DNA of 64,000 nucleotides from Candidatus Saccharimonadota bacterium (GCA_017480095.1 JAFVBG010000002.1:3728-67727); one strand, 5' to 3'. Positions 9,453 through 20,841 are shown, numbered from the stretch's first letter. The notes: generated by a model from the letters alone, not told the origin. A program made the numbers and translations.

Positions 9453-9728
9453 GGTTACTCCTCTATTATTATATAACAAAATCATGCCAAATCGACGATT
9501 TTCATTCCAAGCGAAGAGATGCCTATAGAACGATGTAAGACCGATTCCTGACGAAGAAGGCATTTTCAATGCCATAATGCCGATGGTTCAGAAAAAGACC
9601 ACGGCTGTAATCATGCATTCTGGTATGGTGACTGGGAAGACACCAGCGAGGAGACACGTGAAGCTTATCGCAAGTTGTTAGACAACCTCTCCTAGCTAAC
9701 TTAGCATCAATGTGTTAAAATAGTAAAT

Positions 9729-10604
9729 ATGAAGAAGCTTCTGAAGAAATTATTTGGTGGGCTGGATTTTACTTGGCCGAGGCTGATTATTTTTGCTGTG
9801 ATTATGGGCATCTATACCGCCCTGGTTGCAATGATTGCGCCGGATGGTAGCTCGTTCCATGACATCGCAGTAACGACGGAGTGGTGGGTCTTGCCCGCAA
9901 TCCTTATCATAGTAAATACTAAAAGCCCGCTTGAATCCGCGCTCAAGACTTTCGTCTTCTTCTTAATCTCTCAGCCGCTGGTTTATCTTTGCCAGGTACC
10001 GTTTAATGACATGGGTTGGGGCTTATTCGGATATTACAGGTATTGGTTCATGGTTACCTTTCTGACTTTTCCGGCAGCCTTCGTTGGTTGGTTTATCAAG
10101 AAAGACAAGTGGTACTCGGCGCTCATTTTATCCGCGATGACGGCACTGCTCGTCTTTACTGGAGTCAACTATGTAATTGGTCTTAAGGACAATTTTCCAA
10201 ATCATCTGCTTTCGATTATCTATTGTTTTGGTATTATTCCTGTTTTCATCTTCGGCATTTTCAAAGAGAAAAAGACGCGAATCATCAGTGCGATTGTTGC
10301 GTTTTTATGTCTAGTCGCAAATCTCGGCGTATATGCCATGAATAAGCCATTTGAGATGTCTAGCAATAGTTTTATCGTAGAAAATAATATCACCTTCGTT
10401 GGCGAACCGTATATTTCGTCGTTTATAAGCGAAGGGCAAGGTAGAGCAGAGTTAGTCGGAAGCAATCCCGACTACGCCGTTAAAATGAGTGGAATCAGTG
10501 GTAAAAACTATTATTTTGAGATCACCGACGACGAGAACACTTACAGTTTTAAGTATTATTATGATAAAACTAGCGGCTCGGTAGTAGTTGAAAAAGTCGA
10601 GTAG
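9729..10604 (+). CDS. Multi-pass membrane protein with a small C-terminal soluble domain
   Basis: About 7 hydrophobic segments in the first 200 aa; polar beta-rich C-terminus. Confidence 0.7.
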   Translation: MKKLLKKLFGGLDFTWPRLIIFAVIMGIYTALVAMIAPDGSSFHDIAVTTEWWVLPAILIIVNTKSPLESALKTFVFFLISQPLVYLCQVPFNDMGWGLFGYYRYWFMVTFLTFPAAFVGWFIKKDKWYSALILSAMTALLVFTGVNYVIGLKDNFPNHLLSIIYCFGIIPVFIFGIFKEKKTRIISAIVAFLCLVANLGVYAMNKPFEMSSNSFIVENNITFVGEPYISSFISEGQGRAELVGSNPDYAVKMSGISGKNYYFEITDDENTYSFKYYYDKTSGSVVVEKVE

Positions 10605-10678
10605 GGGTTTACATTTGTAGCTTATCGCTCCTTAGGGGGGTGTTTTTGATGTCTCTATTGAAATATTCTGCATAATAG

Positions 10679-11071
10679 ACCTGTTATATCATCACGCAAA
10701 ATCTCTACGGCAAGTTGCCAAAAACCATCATCACCGATGAGCGCTTGAAAGAGCGCGATTTTACTGGACTTTATGGCCAGCTGATTCCCCATGATCATTG
10801 GATGGAGCTTTGGGACTATGATTCTCAGCGCGCCGAGCATGATGGCATTGAGCTCTTAGCCGAGATGGATGCAAGAGCAAGCGACTTTCTGCACGAGTTG
10901 AGATATACTCATGAGAAAGACAATCCAAAGAAGCCGGTCAACATCTTAATTGTAGCCCACGCCGGTATCGGATTGGTGTTTCGTGCCATCACCGAAGGGC
11001 ATCCGCTGAACGGACACCTTTTCTCGTATCCAATGCTCGATAACGGTGAATATGTTGAATTGTATTTTTAA
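10679..11071 (+). pseudogene. Histidine phosphatase (PGM-like) fragment lacking the N-terminal RHG motif
   Basis: ITDERLKERDF and ILIVAHAG motifs; frame closed by TAG at 10676 before any RHG. Confidence 0.65.
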
Positions 11072-11107
11072 GACCCCTAATTCCCCATTCCTATTTCAAA
11101 GCCCGAC

Positions 11108-11512
11108 TTAGATGAGTCGGGCGTTTGCTTCATTTGGGGCTAATTCGGAAACTGGAATTATCTCACTTGTGAATGCTGCTGGCGTTGGTGCCCAATTCTC
11201 ACAAACATCACTTGTCATAGATTGCATAGTTTTATAAGCCCCAGCTGAAGCTCCCAAAGCGATCACAATCCCTGGAGCATCATAATCCACCGTAGCATAA
11301 GATATATGCCCGTAGTCTGGTATAGATACAACTGCACTATATGTACCCGGTCTAGTCTGCGCCGGAGCAAGGCAAGAGATAGTAACAGTATCATTTCCTC
11401 CACCCACCTTCGAGACCTGCACATCGGTGCAGTCTAAATCATTAATCTTTACGGAGGCTTGGTTATTTGCAATCGTTCTATCGGTATAGAGCGTAGTAGT
11501 AAAGGATACGTT
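11108..11512 (-). pseudogene. Fragment of a secreted/surface protein (IPT/TIG-like beta domain)
   Basis: Open frame ASVKINDLDCTDVQVS...VTISCLAPAQTRPGTYSAVV...TMQSMTSDVC; no start or signal peptide. Confidence 0.4.
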
Positions 11513-11558
11513 TTATATAAAAAGTCGCGAACTACTATAAACTTTATGCTCTCGCCAT

Positions 11559-12338
11559 CTAATCTGTACCACGGCTGGCTTTGCACAACTTTTTGATTAA
11601 ATCCATCATAAAATCAATCGAAGCCTGCAACTCGGTTTCAGTATATTGACCTGAAGTCTCAGGATGGTCGATATGGTTACGGATAAAGGTCGGCAGGATT
11701 TCATTACAAATGTTCTTAGAATATTTTTTCGCATATCGGTGCACCCGTCAAATTCTGGATATTTCGCAAGAGATAAGTGCTACGAAAGACAATCTGCTTT
11801 TCGCCCGAAGAAAGTGAGTGTAGCTCGATTTCTTGACCGTCTTTTCAAAAATTGGCACAATATTGCGACGCACGGCGAGCGCAATATCATCATTATTTTG
11901 CGAAGATATATCGACGAGAAGCTGCGTAATATCCCGTGCTACATCATCTGATTCTTTCAGTACACCAGAATCCAACACTTCATCAGTCACGCCTGTAACT
12001 GGCCTCTTTGCAATATAATTAATCTCCGTGCTATCCGAATCAGAAGAAGTAATCAGCCTTGCCGTCAATACTCGCTCGCGCGGATTTTCCAGATTGTAAA
12101 AATCTTCGTCGGCAAGATCTAGCTCGATGATGGTCTGACATTCCGTGCGTACAGGGGCATCAACAGTGTATTTAGCTTTTGTGCCATAATAAAGTTCTTC
12201 AACGAGGCGCGTCTTGCCAGCACCATTTTCGCCCGCAAAAACAATTGTATCGGCCACACCTTTACCATTAGTAAAATCAAAAACCGTAGTCTTAAAAATC
12301 GGGTGATTGATAAACTCTATTGAAATAATTTTACACAT
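11559..12338 (-). pseudogene. AAA/ABC-type ATPase (AAA_21/OLD-like), frameshifted and internally deleted
   Basis: Walker A GENGAGKT. After a frameshift at the A4 run near 11842-11845 the frame reads DGQEIELHSLSSGEKQIVFR (ABC signature). Walker B is absent; a C-terminal piece is in ORF 11559-11744. Confidence 0.7.
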
Positions 12339-12394
12339 CTTACAACTATTATAACACAAATTGTGCCAAAAGAATATTGCTTACGCTTACTATC

Positions 12395-15340
12395 TTAAAG
12401 ATATTGGCGTAAGAATTCACCCGTCGGAGAGATATTGCGCTTTGCTAAATCTTCTGGTGTACCTTCGGCGATGATTTGCCCACCGTTCTGACCGCCTTCC
12501 GGCCCCATGTCGATCACCCAGTCGGCAGATTTGATCACGTGGAGGTTGTGTTCAATGATAATCATCGTGTTGCCACCATCCACTAGTCGGTTCAAGATTG
12601 ACAACAATCGCTTCACGTCGTCGGTATGCAAACCTGTAGTCGGCTCGTCAAGAATATAGAGAGTTTTGCCCGTCGAACGGCGCGCTAGCTCGGTCGCCAA
12701 TTTAATACGCTGAGCCTCACCGCCAGAGAAAGTCGTGGCTGGCTGACCGAGACGGATGTAGCCGAGGCCGACCTCTTGAATCGTTTTGAGTTTTGAAATA
12801 ATGTTCGGAATGTTGGCAAAGAACTCGCAAGCCTCATCAATCGTCATATCAAGCACGTCGGCGATACTTTTACCTTTATATTTAATCTCCAACGCTTCAC
12901 GATTATAACGTTTACCATGACAAGCTGGGCAAGCCACATAAACATCTGGCAAGAAGTGCATCTCAATCTTCTGCACACCGTCACCCTGACAAGTTTCGCA
13001 ACGCCCACCTTTAACGTTGAAACTGAAACGTCCAGCCTTATAGCCACGCAGTTCCGCCTCTGGCTGCTCCGCAAACAGTTCGCGAATCTGGTTGAAGACG
13101 CCAGTATAAGTCGCGGCGTTTGAGCGTGGCGTGCGCCCGATTGGCGACTGGTCGATGACGATACATTTATCTAATTCTTCAATCCCCTCGATTTTATCAT
13201 GTGCGCCCGCAACGGTCTGTGCGCGATGGAGGCGAGCCAATAGTTCATTTGCTAGAATAGAATTCACTAGCGTAGATTTGCCAGAGCCAGAAACTCCTGC
13301 CACTACCGTCATTACACCGAGCGGAAAATGCGCATCAATATTTTTCAGATTGTTCTCACGCGCACCGCGCACGACTAGCTCCATGCCTTTTTTCGGCTTA
13401 CGACGCTTCTTCGGCGTCTCGATTTTCTCAATCCCGGCTAAGTAGCGAGCGGTGAGTCCAGCATGACGGACTTTGTCACCCTCATCAGCATTAGCTTCGG
13501 CGCGAGCTTCGGCAATCAACTCTTCTGGCGTGCCCGCGTTGACAACTTGCCCACCATTCACACCCGCACCAGGGCCAATATCGACGATATAATCCGCCGA
13601 GAGCATGGTATCTTCATCATGTTCCACCACTAAGACGGTATTTTTCAAGTCACGCAGATGTTTCAAAGTGGCAATCAACTTATCGTTGTCCCGCTGGTGC
13701 AGGCCAATGGACGGCTCATCGAGAACATACAAGACACCTTGCAAGCCAGAGCCAATTTGCGTGGCTAGGCGGATACGCTGGGCTTCACCACCAGAGAGCG
13801 TATTGGCCGCTCGTCCCAGTTCCATATAGCCGAGACCGACATCTTTCATGAAGCTGACGCGCTCGCGGATTTCTTTCAAAATCGGGGCGGCAATCATATT
13901 CTCAGACTCGCTAAACTCCAAATCACGATTCAAAACTTCAAGCGTAGAATCGACATCAAGATTGCACATATCAACAATGTTCAGACCATGAATGGTGACG
14001 GCGAGGACAGCCGGTTTCAAACGGGCGCCGTGACAAGTCTGACATTCCTTCAGGCGCATAAAACGTTCGATGTCTTTGCGGATGAAATCCGAATCCGTTT
14101 CACGATGGCGACGTTCAAGCGTAGGAATCACGCCTTCATAAGTCGATTGATAGCTGGCACCTTCCTGCCATTTGCCAGAACCAGTAATCTTCACGGTGTA
14201 TTTTTCACTACCAGTGCCGTAGAGAATTAGATGTTTTATTTCGGGGCTAAGCTGTCCAATCGGAGTATGGACACTAAAACCATGTTTCTCACCCACCACC
14301 TGTAACCGCTTCAGCCACCAAGAATCCTGTGAAACACGGTTGAATGGGCGGATGCCACCTTCGGCAATCGTTAAGTTCTCGTTAAACACCAATGCTGGGT
14401 CGATTTCCATGCGCGTACCAAGACCAGTACAAGTCGGACAGGCGCCCTGCGGAGCATTGAAGGAAAAGAGGCGCGGCTCCAACTCCGGAATTAGTTCGTC
14501 TGGATGGTTCGGACAGGCGTAACGCTGAGAAAAAGTATAAGTTTCGTTCTCGGCGGAGCCTTTTTGCTCAATGGCAGTGGAGTTGTCGGTAATTTTAAGC
14601 AATTTGATGATGCCTTGCCCTAGCTCTAAAGCTTGCTCGACGGAGCCAGCAATCCGCGTGCGGAGGTCTGGGCTCAAAATGAAACGGTCCACCACGATTT
14701 CAATATCGTGCTTGACTTGCTTTTCTAGCTCTGGGAACTCATCTAATGCATAGACAATGCCATCCACACGTACGCGCGAGAAACCTTTTGCCGTGTATTG
14801 CTCAGAAATGTGCAAGAATTCACCCTTTTTCTGCTGGACAATCGGGGCGAGAAGCATCAACTTGCTCCCCAGTGGAAGTTTCATTACTTCGTTTACGATG
14901 TCTTCCGGCGTACGGTGGGAGACCTCGGAATGGCAAATTGGACAATGTGGCACACCGACACGGGCAAACAGCAGACGCAAATAATCATAAATCTCGGTCA
15001 CCGTGGCGACGGTCGAGCGTGGGTTGCGCGAAGTGGATTTCTGGTCAATCGAAATCGCTGGCGAGAGACCAGTAATCGTATCGACGTCTGGCTTATCCAT
15101 CACGCCAAGGAACATCCTAGCGTAGCTCGAAAGACTCTCAACATAGCGACGCTGACCTTCAGCATAAATCGTATCAAAAGCCAGCGAAGATTTACCAGAG
15201 CCAGAAAGTCCCGTCAAAACCACCAGCTCATCGCGCGGAATGTCGATGTCGATGTCTTTGAGATTATGCTGACGCGCACCCCGAATCCGAATGTATTTAT
15301 CAGGGTTTTGCTCCGCATCTGCAATCAGGCCTGGTTTCAT
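12395..15340 (-). CDS. uvrA: Excinuclease ABC subunit A
   Basis: Two Walker A ([18 protein letters not shown]), [12 protein letters not shown], zinc fingers. Confidence 0.99.
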   Translation of the reverse strand: MKPGLIADAEQNPDKYIRIRGARQHNLKDIDIDIPRDELVVLTGLSGSGKSSLAFDTIYAEGQRRYVESLSSYARMFLGVMDKPDVDTITGLSPAISIDQKSTSRNPRSTVATVTEIYDYLRLLFARVGVPHCPICHSEVSHRTPEDIVNEVMKLPLGSKLMLLAPIVQQKKGEFLHISEQYTAKGFSRVRVDGIVYALDEFPELEKQVKHDIEIVVDRFILSPDLRTRIAGSVEQALELGQGIIKLLKITDNSTAIEQKGSAENETYTFSQRYACPNHPDELIPELEPRLFSFNAPQGACPTCTGLGTRMEIDPALVFNENLTIAEGGIRPFNRVSQDSWWLKRLQVVGEKHGFSVHTPIGQLSPEIKHLILYGTGSEKYTVKITGSGKWQEGASYQSTYEGVIPTLERRHRETDSDFIRKDIERFMRLKECQTCHGARLKPAVLAVTIHGLNIVDMCNLDVDSTLEVLNRDLEFSESENMIAAPILKEIRERVSFMKDVGLGYMELGRAANTLSGGEAQRIRLATQIGSGLQGVLYVLDEPSIGLHQRDNDKLIATLKHLRDLKNTVLVVEHDEDTMLSADYIVDIGPGAGVNGGQVVNAGTPEELIAEARAEANADEGDKVRHAGLTARYLAGIEKIETPKKRRKPKKGMELVVRGARENNLKNIDAHFPLGVMTVVAGVSGSGKSTLVNSILANELLARLHRAQTVAGAHDKIEGIEELDKCIVIDQSPIGRTPRSNAATYTGVFNQIRELFAEQPEAELRGYKAGRFSFNVKGGRCETCQGDGVQKIEMHFLPDVYVACPACHGKRYNREALEIKYKGKSIADVLDMTIDEACEFFANIPNIISKLKTIQEVGLGYIRLGQPATTFSGGEAQRIKLATELARRSTGKTLYILDEPTTGLHTDDVKRLLSILNRLVDGGNTMIIIEHNLHVIKSADWVIDMGPEGGQNGGQIIAEGTPEDLAKRNISPTGEFLRQYL

Positions 15341-15457
15341 AACCGCTTAATTATAGCACAAAAGTCGAAAAAAGTCCATACAGAGAGTCCCATTGCAAAA
15401 TGCTTGTTTTTCAAAAATGTTTGTGCTAAAATTAATAGTAGCTATGGGTGGTCAAAA

Positions 15458-17050
15458 ATGAACAAGATTGCAAAATATTTGAATCAGCATTTGACGGGAA
15501 ATGTTTTTGACCGCGAAGAGATTTTGCATAAATATGCCACCGACCGTTCAATTTTGCGAATTATGCCACAGATGGTAGTAATACCTGAGTCCACCAACGA
15601 CGTGCGACGCGTAGTGCGTTTTGTTAACCAGCTCGCAATTAAAGGGGTGAAGCTCGGACTTTACACTAGGGGCTCTGGTCTAGACGCTACGGGTGCCGAC
15701 CTTGGCAAAGATATCGTACTTTCGACCGAAAAACTAAACAAGATTCAAGAGATTGATGAACACGCTCGCCTAGTGCGCGTGCAAGCTGGTTGTACGCTCG
15801 GACAGTTGAATTCTGCACTTTCCCTACTGGGGCTGACGATCCCGATTAAGGCCGACCCGCGCGAAACGATTGGTGGCTTGATTTCCAATTTCAAGTCGGA
15901 TGATTACGGTGGCAAATACAACGGTATTTATTACTTTGTCGATTGTATCGAGACGGTGGTTTCGACGGGCGACATTGTCCAGACGGGGCGCTATTCTAAG
16001 CGCGCGATTGACCGCAAACGTGGTTTGACTTCTTTTGAAGGTTCGATTTATCGGGATTTATCTGGTCTGATTGAAACTCAGTTTGATTTAGTTTCGGACA
16101 TCCGCCGTCGGCGCACGATTGACTCGGCGGGCTATCAAATGGTGACGCAAGTCTTCCGTGAAAAGGGTCGCACCTTTGATTTGATGCCGATTTTCTATGC
16201 CGCACAGGGTACGCTCGGCATCATCACTGAAGTGATTTTACGTTGCGAAGTTTTACCGAGCCACAAGAAGCGTTTTGCCGTGGCTTTTTCTGACGCTAAC
16301 GAGTTGACCAAGTTTGCTCAGACTGCGCAAGGTTTTGACCCGCTAGAGATGAACCTCTACGACGCAAGGATTTTCTCCGCCGCCGCAGAAACTGGTAAAG
16401 ATCCAGCCATCTTCAACAAGAAGTTTGAAAACGGCTATGTGCTTCTGCTTTCTTTCGATAATAACGCACGCAAAAACAAGAAAAAGATTGCAAAGTTGAT
16501 TAAGAGTTTGCCGGAAACCGCCGCCGCAGTAGTCGAGACTGCCGAGAACGAATCTGATTTCGCCCGCATCGACACTGCTATCAAGAGCTACTTGAACGAT
16601 GACGTGCACGGCGAACGGATGCCGCTAGTCGATGATTTTTACGTCTCTGCTCAGAAGTTGCCGGAGTTCCTGGTGAGTTTGCGTGAGCAGGAAGAAGCTT
16701 ATGACATGGCACTACCAATTTCTGGCTCGATTGCAACTGGCAATTACTCCCTCCGCCCAGAGCTCGTGATGAATACTGTCGCGGGTCGCCAGTTCGTCGT
16801 GAAGTTCCTGCGCGAGTTCGACTCCCTGCTCTCCGTCTATGAAGGCTCACTCACGGGTGGCTCGGCGGAAGGCCGCGTAAAAGCGATTGTCACGAATCAA
16901 AATCTCTCCGACGCAGAGTTCGAGCTTTACTCTCGTATCAAGAAAATCTTCGACCCGAACGACATCTTCGCGCCAGACATCAAGCTCGGCACCGAAATCA
17001 AAGCCGTCGTCAAAGCCCTTCGCACCAGCTCGCTAGATGACATAGCATAA
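15458..17050 (+). CDS. FAD-binding oxidoreductase (GlcD/D-lactate dehydrogenase-like)
   Basis: Start MNKIAKYLN at 15458 (the longer ORF is antisense to uvrA); RGSGLDATG, GTLGIITEV, KKIFDPNDIFAP. Confidence 0.85.
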   Translation: MNKIAKYLNQHLTGNVFDREEILHKYATDRSILRIMPQMVVIPESTNDVRRVVRFVNQLAIKGVKLGLYTRGSGLDATGADLGKDIVLSTEKLNKIQEIDEHARLVRVQAGCTLGQLNSALSLLGLTIPIKADPRETIGGLISNFKSDDYGGKYNGIYYFVDCIETVVSTGDIVQTGRYSKRAIDRKRGLTSFEGSIYRDLSGLIETQFDLVSDIRRRRTIDSAGYQMVTQVFREKGRTFDLMPIFYAAQGTLGIITEVILRCEVLPSHKKRFAVAFSDANELTKFAQTAQGFDPLEMNLYDARIFSAAAETGKDPAIFNKKFENGYVLLLSFDNNARKNKKKIAKLIKSLPETAAAVVETAENESDFARIDTAIKSYLNDDVHGERMPLVDDFYVSAQKLPEFLVSLREQEEAYDMALPISGSIATGNYSLRPELVMNTVAGRQFVVKFLREFDSLLSVYEGSLTGGSAEGRVKAIVTNQNLSDAEFELYSRIKKIFDPNDIFAPDIKLGTEIKAVVKALRTSSLDDIA

Positions 17051-17053
17051 CAA

Positions 17054-17087
17054 AAAGCCCCCAGTTGCTTGGTAACACGGGGGCTTT
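17054..17087. terminator. Bidirectional intrinsic terminator
   Basis: AAAGCCCCC...GGGGGCTTT between convergent genes. Confidence 0.75.
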
Positions 17088-17147
17088 AAGATTTACCTTT
17101 TTGCGAGCTAATTATTCAGCTCAAGATAAGGGAGCGGTCTAATTAGC

Positions 17148-18812
17148 CTATTTGCGGCGGCTAGCGATGAAGTAACCGAGAAGGGTTACAATCGAGCCAG
17201 CACCGAGGGCACTCACAGTGACAGGACCAGTAGTTGGAAGCTGTTCTGGAGTTGGATCATCTGGGAACTTGTTCTCAGCGACACAGACGCCATTGACAAG
17301 GGTGTAACCCTCTGGGCAGGTCTGTGGAGTTGGAGTTGGGGTAGTCTTCTTCTTATAGACGTTGGTTACCCAACCGTTCTCATCGATGGTGGTCTTGACC
17401 CAGATGTATTCTGGATAATCGTCACCTTCTTTATCTGGGAAGGAACCCTCAGTCCAATCCTTCAGGACAGTACCGTCTTCGAGGATCCAGCGAGTCTTCA
17501 CGACTTTCTGCTCTTCTTTCTTCTTGTAGATATTGGTAACCCAACCCTGACCGTCGGTGGTGTACTTCACAAAATCGTATTGTGGATAGTCATCACCTTC
17601 TTTGTCTGGGAAAGTACCTTCGGTCCAGTCTTTGAGAACCGTACCATCTTCAAGAATCCAGCGAGTCTTGAGGATTTTTGGCGTCTCACAGGTCTTGTTG
17701 ACTACAACGTCAGCTGAGTCTTGGAGGGTAACCTTAGCTACACCAACCTGAGCCCAGTTACGAAGGGTGTTTTTACCACAGACGAGGTCTTTATCGACCA
17801 CCTTAGCGGTAAAGCGGACATAACCTTCAGCGTTGATACCATAGCCACCAATGCTGACGGCCTTCTTGGTGAAGTCGTCAAGCTTGAGACCATTTTTACC
17901 AGTAGTCTTGTTGTAAAGCACTGGAGCAGAGGCGACTTCCATGTTGGTTGGGAGCGTATCAATTACAGATACGTTCTCAGCAGCAGCCTCAGTAGTGTTC
18001 TTGTAATGAATCTGATATTCAACTACGTCACCGACGTTAGCGGTGAGAGATTCCACGAAGGAATCGGTGGTGCCGGCCTTGCGGACGGTCTTTTCTACGA
18101 TGTAGTTTTCGTCAGTAAAGACTGGCTTAACTTTGATCGTAACGAACTGGGAATACTGGTAACAACCAGGGATTTTCCCATCACCAGCCTTGTCGTAACC
18201 AAGAGTTACACCAGTGCTGGTGATGATGGAATCGGAGAGTTTAGCACCGTTTCCACCTTTGGCATAGCCATTGTTTTCAACTAATGCAGAACCTTCGACA
18301 TAGTCAAGGTAGAATTTCTGACCGTTAGCCGACTTGAAGACAACGCTGTCCCAATACTGAGTTGGAGTAGCATTGCTGGAGTCGATGTAGCCAGTAATTG
18401 CATTAGAAGTAGCGTAGTTCTTCGACAAAGCAAAGGTAGCCTTGACGTTCTGAGCTACGGCATCATAACCCTTCGGGCTGTTGTTGTGGACATAAAGACG
18501 GACGAGGTAAGTCTTGCCACTCTCGACGGTAATCTCGTTGGCATTCCAAACGTTCTCTTTGCCTTTATTCTGTCCATCATCGACGCGAGCGCCGACGAAG
18601 TTACGCTCATCACCAAACGTACCGTCGGTGATAGAGTTGAAGACGATCTTGTTGCCGAGGACACCGGACTCAATCTGAGCCTTAGTGTAACCCGGACGAC
18701 CGCCACCGTTGTCACCCCAAGCCTCAGTACGAGTAGCGTTGAAGGCAACGGTAATCCCTGCTACAGCACCAAGCGCTGCAACTGCAGTGATAGTTTTCTG
18801 AACCTTGTTCAT
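17148..18812 (-). CDS. Cell-surface protein: signal peptide, DUF11-like domain, two 57-aa repeats, LPXTG sorting signal
   Basis: N-terminal signal; GDVVEYQIHYKNT...NVSVIDTLP (DUF11-like); C-terminal LPTTG + hydrophobic segment + SRRK. Confidence 0.82.
   Translation of the reverse strand: MNKVQKTITAVAALGAVAGITVAFNATRTEAWGDNGGGRPGYTKAQIESGVLGNKIVFNSITDGTFGDERNFVGARVDDGQNKGKENVWNANEITVESGKTYLVRLYVHNNSPKGYDAVAQNVKATFALSKNYATSNAITGYIDSSNATPTQYWDSVVFKSANGQKFYLDYVEGSALVENNGYAKGGNGAKLSDSIITSTGVTLGYDKAGDGKIPGCYQYSQFVTIKVKPVFTDENYIVEKTVRKAGTTDSFVESLTANVGDVVEYQIHYKNTTEAAAENVSVIDTLPTNMEVASAPVLYNKTTGKNGLKLDDFTKKAVSIGGYGINAEGYVRFTAKVVDKDLVCGKNTLRNWAQVGVAKVTLQDSADVVVNKTCETPKILKTRWILEDGTVLKDWTEGTFPDKEGDDYPQYDFVKYTTDGQGWVTNIYKKKEEQKVVKTRWILEDGTVLKDWTEGSFPDKEGDDYPEYIWVKTTIDENGWVTNVYKKKTTPTPTPQTCPEGYTLVNGVCVAENKFPDDPTPEQLPTTGPVTVSALGAGSIVTLLGYFIASRRK
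17345..17669 (-). repeat. Two tandem 171-nt (57-aa) repeats KTRWILEDGTVLKDWTEGxFPDKEGDDYP...GWVTNxYKK
   Basis: AAGACTCGC starts at 17669 and 17498; MucBP-like appearance. Confidence 0.85.
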
Positions 18813-18837
18813 AAAACTCCTTTCTTATTTGATATTA

Positions 18838-18865
18838 TAAAAACCGGATCGTCTCAAGGATGAAA
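18838..18865 (+). repeat. Left arm of a 28-bp imperfect inverted repeat (partner 21770-21797)
   Basis: TAAAAACCGGATCGTCTCAAGGATGAAA versus the reverse complement of the partner, TAAAAACCGGATCATCTCAGGGATCAAA (25/28). Confidence 0.8.
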
Positions 18866-18906
18866 TTGGTCTGAAAATCTTGAAATTTTTGGAAAGTTTT
18901 TGGAAA

Positions 18907-18930
18907 GGGAGCCGACCGAAGTCGGCCCCC
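18907..18930 (-). terminator. Intrinsic terminator of the 19006-21539 operon
   Basis: GGGGGCCGAC-TTCG-GTCGGCTCCC then TTTCC on the minus strand. Confidence 0.7.
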
Positions 18931-19005
18931 AGAAGTTTGGGAATTTGTGCTACTGTAGCAGAGGCTTCCCGAAGCCTTAAGGTGCATTGTGCATTTTCAC
19001 CCTTA

Positions 19006-20841
19006 TTAATTTGGCAGCCAGTCAGGAGCGTCATCGCCGTTATCTTCGGCTACGTTCTGATTTGCGCTACCAGCAGCAGTATTCTGCTCTGCCTCGACAG
19101 GTCGAGTTGCGATATTCTCGTTATCAATCTGTTCGAGGGTGGTTGTGGTATTACCACTGGTATCAGTATGCGTCGTTTCAGTGACGACATCCTGAGTATG
19201 ACCACCGTTATCTTCCGTGTGACCGGTCGTCGTGGTGGTTGTAGTGGTTGTGCCAGTGTTATCCTGGTGAGTTTCCGTTACTACGGAGCTGGTACCAGGA
19301 GCCTGAACCTCACTATCACTCGGCCCGACGTGTCCCTGAGTATTCTCAGGCGAACTGTCATGACTATCGTGCGTGCGATCCGGGTCAGCCTGGGGCTGAT
19401 ACTGACTCTGTTGTACGTCGGTGCTATCGCTCTTCGGTACGGTCGGTTCCGGCTCATACGGGCCAGGACTGGGGTCATCGTTGCTGCCACCACCAGTCGG
19501 GGCGTTACCCTGCTCATCCGGTTTCTGAGATTCGTCTTTCGACGGTTTCGGAGTCGGAGTGGGCTGAGGTGTCGGCTGCGGAGTCGGTTGCGGGGTTGGC
19601 TGCGGATCCGGAGTGTTGTCCGGCGTCGGATTGGGATCCGGCGTGTTATCCGGGCTCGGCTGCGGTTGCGGCGTGTTCTGTGGCTTTGGTGTCGGAGTCG
19701 GGTCTGACGTTTTGTCAGGCGCCGGGGTCGTCTTGGTCGGCGTAGCAGTCGGTGCGGGCTGCTGTACCACGCCAGGATGACCTACCCTAAGGTCTCCAAC
19801 GTTGAAGAGTACTACAAAGAGCACTCTGTTACTCTTCGGGTCCTGGAACTGGAATCTAACCCAGTCACCAGTCTCCGACTTGTTGCAACGAGTAGCGCGA
19901 AGCAAGCTTGCGCTCTCGAATGGTAACAGCTCGTAGAACCAATCGGCAGTCACATCAGTGACAAACTCTCTGTCGAAGGCATCCAGCACTTCGCAGAGAC
20001 CGATGGCTACGGTGGCTTGATCCACTCGCCCAGTCTGCGCGTTCACCTCGCTAGAGATGTATTCGCAATTCGGGTCGAGCGTCACTTCGAGACCACGCGG
20101 AGCCTTACCAGCAGCTACCCACTCAGGGTAAATCTGACCGGTCAGGTCCTTGCGATCCACGTTCTTGTAAGCGGCGTTCATATACTTGAGGTAATCTGTC
20201 AGCCAGCTCAGATGTGTTCCGAGCGTCGTGTCGTTCTCGTTGAACTTCACGTCATTCAGATAGTCTGCCAGTTGCAGCGCCTCCAGTGGATTGGTCAAGA
20301 TTACACACTGAATATACAACTTCGCGTAGGTATGGTTAGTACCAATCTCCTTCGGAAGCGCATATTCCGGTGCATTGGATATGACATCCTTCGGGCGTCT
20401 GCCCTCAGTGATACTGCTACGAACGCGGGTTTCCGACTCGCTTTTCAAGCTAGCCGGACGGAACTTAGCGACGAGCTTTCCGTTCTCATTCTGAATCGAG
20501 AAACGGTCCACCCAAGTCTGTCCATCCTGCTTCGCCTGTGCGAGCTGGGTGAGGAAGTTGCCAAGCCAAGAGGCCGGCTCAATTTCTTCCAGGGTCTTCG
20601 GCAAGTCGAGGGTCTGGACGACCTCCTCCATTGTCATGGTAGGGACTGCAGATGCAGCTTCGGTCGTCATTTCCTCAGTTTCGACAGTTGTGGAATCCGG
20701 CAGGATTTCATTGCCAGATGCCAAGGTGATGTCGGCTTCGTCGGCAACGACGGTTTCGGTTTTCGGCGGCATGAATGCGACCACACCAACCGCACCGAGA
20801 CCAATCAGCAGCACGACTGTTAAGGCGATTAATCTCTTCAT
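19006..20841 (-). CDS. Secreted/membrane-anchored hypothetical protein with a Pro/Thr/Gln-rich repeat tail
   Basis: Hydrophobic N-terminus, about 280-aa globular middle, PQPT and PDNTPDP repeats, acidic Thr-rich C-terminus. Confidence 0.75.
   Translation of the reverse strand: MKRLIALTVVLLIGLGAVGVVAFMPPKTETVVADEADITLASGNEILPDSTTVETEEMTTEAASAVPTMTMEEVVQTLDLPKTLEEIEPASWLGNFLTQLAQAKQDGQTWVDRFSIQNENGKLVAKFRPASLKSESETRVRSSITEGRRPKDVISNAPEYALPKEIGTNHTYAKLYIQCVILTNPLEALQLADYLNDVKFNENDTTLGTHLSWLTDYLKYMNAAYKNVDRKDLTGQIYPEWVAAGKAPRGLEVTLDPNCEYISSEVNAQTGRVDQATVAIGLCEVLDAFDREFVTDVTADWFYELLPFESASLLRATRCNKSETGDWVRFQFQDPKSNRVLFVVLFNVGDLRVGHPGVVQQPAPTATPTKTTPAPDKTSDPTPTPKPQNTPQPQPSPDNTPDPNPTPDNTPDPQPTPQPTPQPTPQPTPTPKPSKDESQKPDEQGNAPTGGGSNDDPSPGPYEPEPTVPKSDSTDVQQSQYQPQADPDRTHDSHDSSPENTQGHVGPSDSEVQAPGTSSVVTETHQDNTGTTTTTTTTTGHTEDNGGHTQDVVTETTHTDTSGNTTTTLEQIDNENIATRPVEAEQNTAAGSANQNVAEDNGDDAPDWLPN
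19550..19695 (-). repeat. 12-nt (PQPT) and 24-nt (PDNTPDPx) tandem coding repeats
   Basis: Seen directly in the sequence and the translation. Confidence 0.75.

Noticed and set aside
14798-15457. 220-aa N-terminal extension of the 750-aa plus-strand ORF
   Set aside because: Antisense to the uvrA 5' end; the oxidoreductase starts at ATG 15458 after its own promoter region.
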